Under the pieces are notes generated by a model that worked only from the letters and a program-made list of their open reading frames with translations, was not told where the DNA came from and did no database searches. From Pseudomonadota bacterium (lineage in GTDB: Bacteria > Bdellovibrionota_C > UBA2361 > OMII01): a stretch of 64,000 bases of DNA. This document shows, piece by piece, positions 60,228-64,000 of this stretch. The first letter of the stretch is position 1; each line of letters begins with the position of its first letter. The translations under genes and the position numbers were made by a program. The DNA lies in the NCBI GenBank assembly GCA_038134595.1, contig JAYPVM010000001.1, forward strand, positions 262,299-326,298, written 5' to 3'.

Positions 60228-61196
60228 ATGATTATTGTTTCTGCAGGAGTATCACTGCCTGAGCATACGATATCCAGCGATGCTCTCCAAAACACCACTG
60301 CCGTTGATGATTTGCGTTCTCGGTGCGGGGTGTCGCAGACTCGAGTTTCTCTTCCGCAAGACTATATTCTAGGTGATGGCAACGGAGACGTTTTAAGAGG
60401 CTGGGAAGTAGCGACTACATCGCCTACTGAACTAGGGGAGCAAGCCATACAACAAGCGCTAGCGAAAGCAGGGCTGACGATTGAAGATGTTGGATTGGTC
60501 GTTGCAGATACCGCGACTCCCTATCAAACCTGTCCATCGGAGGCGCAACGGATTGTTAATAGGTTTGGTGTGAAGATCCCTGCATTCGATGTGGTAGGCG
60601 GCATCGCGGCGATTCCGGTACTGTTTGCTACATGCTCTAAATGGCGACAGGATGTAGATGGAAAGTATATAGTGATCGTTTCGACGAACACGCCTTCTCA
60701 GCAGATAAACTACCAAACGAAGGGCGAGCAGTGCGGCCTGTTGGGTGACGCAGCTGTCGCGTTTGTTCTTTCGACTGCTGGCGCTCACGCTGGAAAAGTT
60801 GTTCAACATGCATCGGTTGCGAGAAAAATCGGTTCGAAGAGTCCATTTGTAATTCACAGGCATATCTCTGTTAACGCAAGCGGTATAATGAGCAAGGATC
60901 AGCTTAGAGAGTGTGTGGTCACGCAATGGTCGGAGTGTCTGTCGATAGACAGTTCGGTCAAGAAGACGTCTCTGATTGTACCGCCCCAGCTTTATGCTCA
61001 AGAGGCAACAGAAATTCTTGTTTCTGAGGGCATCGAAGAGGAGCGAATTGTGTCGTGCGTTGCAGAGAATGGGTTTTCATTTGGGTCTGCTATGGGTGTT
61101 GCCATGATCAAGGCGCTGGAAGTGTCAGAGGCAGAAAAGGTGCCGGTCGTTGCAATGCACTGCGGTGATGAACATGTTGGATTAATTATAGTGTGA
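60228..61196 (+). CDS. FabH/KAS III-like protein lacking the catalytic triad
   Basis: Thiolase-fold features (AIQQAL..AG, PAFDV, GDAAVA) but FDVVGGI, PPQ and GFSFG occupy the Cys, His and Asn positions. Confidence 0.75.
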   Translation: MIIVSAGVSLPEHTISSDALQNTTAVDDLRSRCGVSQTRVSLPQDYILGDGNGDVLRGWEVATTSPTELGEQAIQQALAKAGLTIEDVGLVVADTATPYQTCPSEAQRIVNRFGVKIPAFDVVGGIAAIPVLFATCSKWRQDVDGKYIVIVSTNTPSQQINYQTKGEQCGLLGDAAVAFVLSTAGAHAGKVVQHASVARKIGSKSPFVIHRHISVNASGIMSKDQLRECVVTQWSECLSIDSSVKKTSLIVPPQLYAQEATEILVSEGIEEERIVSCVAENGFSFGSAMGVAMIKALEVSEAEKVPVVAMHCGDEHVGLIIV

Positions 61197-62191
61197 GGGG
61201 TAGCGCTGTGTTGCATATTTTGGGCATGGGGGTAAGCCATCCCACCACATCGATTGACAACCATTTCTTAGAGGCTCTTGATGTAGGGACCAATGCGCAG
61301 TGGATTGAAGAGAAGATAGGAATTCTCAAGCGGGTCACTACACTATCGGAAGAGTACATTAAAACCACCCGAAATCAGGACCCACGTATGGCGCGTGAAG
61401 TGGCCTCGATGAGTGCTACAGACTTGGGAGTGGAAGCGGCGAAGCAAGCCCTTGTAAGTGCCGGTATCTCAGCTCGCGATGTTGGCATGGTGATTGTAAA
61501 TTGCTGCACACCTCAAGATACAATGCCAGGTGAAGCAGTCCGTATTGCAGAGCAACTTGATTGTTCAGCGATTGCCTTTGATGTGTACACAGCCTGCCCT
61601 GCATTTGCGCTTCATGTAGATTTTTTGCGCAAGTACGAGGAACGAGCTTTACCAGAGTTTATTCTGTGTATCTCGACTGCAACGATGACGCATCATGTAG
61701 ATTATAACGATCGATCGGATGGAGCAATTTGGGGAGATGGAGCCGCGGCGTGGATAGTTTCTCCAACTCAGAAGGGTAAGTTAGAGATTATAGAATCTAC
61801 ATATACGGCGGATCCGACTCGATGTGCTGCGGTGGTTGTCGATAGCTATCGATTTTTTCATCAAGATGGGCGAGCGGTGCGCGATTTTTCGGTGCGACAG
61901 ACAGTTCGTCTTATTAAAGCGCTCCAAGAGCAGTATGATATCGATTGGAGTCGAGATATTTTTATCGGACATCAAGCAAACAAAACTATGCTGGAGCAGA
62001 TCACAAGGAATCGAGGAGTTCCCGCTGATAATCATTGGCACAATGTCACATATTTAGGAAATCAAGCTGGAGCCGGTGCGCCTGCGTCGCTCGCGATGCA
62101 CTGGGATAAGCTTCAATCGGGTCAGAATATTGTAGTAGCAGTAGTTGGTGCTGGGCTAAGTTGGGGCTCGATATTGTTGAGGGCACCTTAA
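61193..62191 (+). CDS. 3-oxoacyl-ACP synthase III family protein (intact Cys-His-Asn)
   Basis: FDVYTACPAF, WGDGAAA, GHQAN, LGNQAGA, GAGLSWG. Confidence 0.88.
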   Translation: MRGSAVLHILGMGVSHPTTSIDNHFLEALDVGTNAQWIEEKIGILKRVTTLSEEYIKTTRNQDPRMAREVASMSATDLGVEAAKQALVSAGISARDVGMVIVNCCTPQDTMPGEAVRIAEQLDCSAIAFDVYTACPAFALHVDFLRKYEERALPEFILCISTATMTHHVDYNDRSDGAIWGDGAAAWIVSPTQKGKLEIIESTYTADPTRCAAVVVDSYRFFHQDGRAVRDFSVRQTVRLIKALQEQYDIDWSRDIFIGHQANKTMLEQITRNRGVPADNHWHNVTYLGNQAGAGAPASLAMHWDKLQSGQNIVVAVVGAGLSWGSILLRAP

Positions 62192-62209
62192 GGGTTTTAA
62201 GGTTGTTTT

Positions 62210-63577
62210 TTAGTGCGTGTTTTTGCTCCCTGAGAGTGGCTTGCTGACGGATTGCATTAGAAACCCCACAAGCATCCAAACGATAATCGTAATCTCACTA
62301 TCGCCAAAATTATACTCGACCAAACCTGCGACTTGCCAGGAGATAATCGCACAGCCGATAGCGATTGATAAAACAGAAGCCCCTTTTCTGAAGGCAGTTT
62401 TGATAAGTGTAACGACTATCCATAGAAAACACGCCAGTCCGAGCCAGCCTGTTTCTGCAGTAATGTTTAAAAAATTGTTGTGAAAGTGCTTCAGGGATTC
62501 TGGTATCTCTGGCGAAAATCTCCGGAGAACACCGCTATTGTGGTATCCCACACCCATTGGAAATTCCGAGATGAGTTCAACTCCTATGCGCCAGATAGTA
62601 CTTCGCCCTCCTGAGATGGTGAAATGTTCGTAGGATTCTAGTAACCGGTGTTGAACCGAGGGTAGAAGCCCTGTAACAAGTGCAGCGATAGCAATGATGA
62701 GAGCTAGAAGACGCTTTGACAGCAGCGTGCAAAACACTAAGAGTGCAGACAACACCCCGAGCCAAGGGCCGCGCTTGAGGTTTATTACCAATGCGGAGAG
62801 CAGTAGTGGTAGCTGATGGGTCGTTAAAATCGTAAGCGTTACAGTCGATAGTGATGAAGGGATTTCGGTTTTGGTTGTCAGAGGCGAGCGATGGTATCTA
62901 AAAAAAATAGTGGCAGCCATAAGGAAGAATAGGGCGACACACAGCAGAGCCCAGGAGGTTGGTATGCCGAGGTCTTCTTGGAATGCATAGGCAAGGAGAG
63001 CTACGATACTTATTCCAGCACCGACTATGAGAAAGGGTCTCTGTTCTTTCGACATTTGTGAAAGGTTTTGAAATGCGACTCCAAATGCTAGAGGGATTAC
63101 TAAGGCAAGTTGACCCGATTCAGTGACTTCCCCAAGAAATATCGACGGTAGGTGCACGAAAGGGCTTGAACTAAGCCATGAGTGTAAGGCGGCAAGTGAT
63201 TGTCCTGCTAGGAGCGCTGTTACGCACGATGGCACACAGGCTACTGTCGAAAATACACCGATGGTTAGGGAGAAAAAAACAAGCGAAACTAGTGACGGAA
63301 GGGAGTGTCGTGCGTCAAAACCTGTAAAAGCTGAAAGCGTTACGATGCCCAGAAAATATGCTACCGGGAGGCCAATAGCTCGAAATTCAGGGGATTGAGC
63401 TAGTGATTTAAGATGTGTCCGGCAGATGAAAAGCCAAATCAGAATAAGAGGGATGAGGCTAATGTATGTGAGAGACAGTTTTAAGGGGACAAGAAACGCA
63501 GTGAGAGCGCACCACCTCTCTAAAAGGATGAGGCTTCTGGGGCTAATAGGTAGTGAGACCGAACTGACTTTTGTCAT
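62210..63577 (-). CDS. O-antigen ligase family protein
   Basis: Multi-TM; RGPWLG, RSTIW, PMGVG, HFHNNFLNITAETG. Confidence 0.85.
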   Translation of the reverse strand: MTKVSSVSLPISPRSLILLERWCALTAFLVPLKLSLTYISLIPLILIWLFICRTHLKSLAQSPEFRAIGLPVAYFLGIVTLSAFTGFDARHSLPSLVSLVFFSLTIGVFSTVACVPSCVTALLAGQSLAALHSWLSSSPFVHLPSIFLGEVTESGQLALVIPLAFGVAFQNLSQMSKEQRPFLIVGAGISIVALLAYAFQEDLGIPTSWALLCVALFFLMAATIFFRYHRSPLTTKTEIPSSLSTVTLTILTTHQLPLLLSALVINLKRGPWLGVLSALLVFCTLLSKRLLALIIAIAALVTGLLPSVQHRLLESYEHFTISGGRSTIWRIGVELISEFPMGVGYHNSGVLRRFSPEIPESLKHFHNNFLNITAETGWLGLACFLWIVVTLIKTAFRKGASVLSIAIGCAIISWQVAGLVEYNFGDSEITIIVWMLVGFLMQSVSKPLSGSKNTH

Positions 63578-63655
63578 GCAAGAAGTATAGTACCTCCCGC
63601 ACTCTTTGGGCGATGAGTAATTTTGAATTTCTTTGATCCGGTCGATGCCGTAGAT

Positions 63656-64000
63656 CTACGGAACCGTCATTCCATCCATGTCATCGAGATCGGCCGCGAT
63701 TAATTCGCTTTGAATCTGCTTGGCAAAATCAATTGCAGCAGAGTTGCGACTCGAAACGATAATTTGATCTGTCAGTTCCTTAATCCCGTCTTCAAAGTTG
63801 ACATGGTCGATTGCATCTTTAAGGAGAGCTGTATCGCTTGCAGGAGAATTCGAAATCTCTAATTGGTCAAAAAGCATGCGAACGCCGTCTATGCCGGTAT
63901 TGATGAGGGCCTTTGCCCACATTGGAGAGTATTGGTCTCGCTTGGCAACTTGCTCCTGTACAAACGGCAAAGCTGATTCCTCAGGGATAAACTCACCCGG
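63656..64000 (-). CDS. Hypothetical protein, C-terminal part (5' end likely beyond the window)
   Basis: Helical, protein-like ORF that appears open to the window edge. Confidence 0.6.
   Translation of the reverse strand, partial: PGEFIPEESALPFVQEQVAKRDQYSPMWAKALINTGIDGVRMLFDQLEISNSPASDTALLKDAIDHVNFEDGIKELTDQIIVSSRNSAAIDFAKQIQSELIAADLDDMDGMTVP

Overview
Bacterial chromosomal segment, about 47% GC by eye, with most genes on the G/T-rich + strand. Gene content suggests a deltaproteobacterial-grade or Bdellovibrionota-like lineage (inference). Most genes are housekeeping: partial gyrA, five tRNAs (all four Ser isoacceptors plus Arg-ACG) with tadA, acnA, sodC, rlmH, a pilin and pilC, an RpoH-like sigma factor, a ccmEF-x-ABCD cluster with a CxxxY-type CcmE, engB, secA, hemW, rpmH-rnpA-yidD-yidC-mnmE, a P-type ATPase, two lepB genes, ygfZ, pyrE, a U32 protein, pdxH and a FabH-like pair. 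No CRISPR array, transposase or integrase was seen. Three things stand out. (1) A ~960-nt non-coding, densely structured + strand element (about 22109-23074) with a candidate promoter, many GNRA/UUCG hairpins, 5'-3' end pairing and a terminator, which is a candidate giant ncRNA. (2) A Phe-rich leader peptide with a terminator/antiterminator upstream of a putative circularly permuted ATP-grasp ligase and an M20 peptidase. (3) A structured RNA leader upstream of a nucleotidyltransferase, unknown and DEDDh exonuclease gene trio. All family calls come from motifs read by eye; no searches were run.
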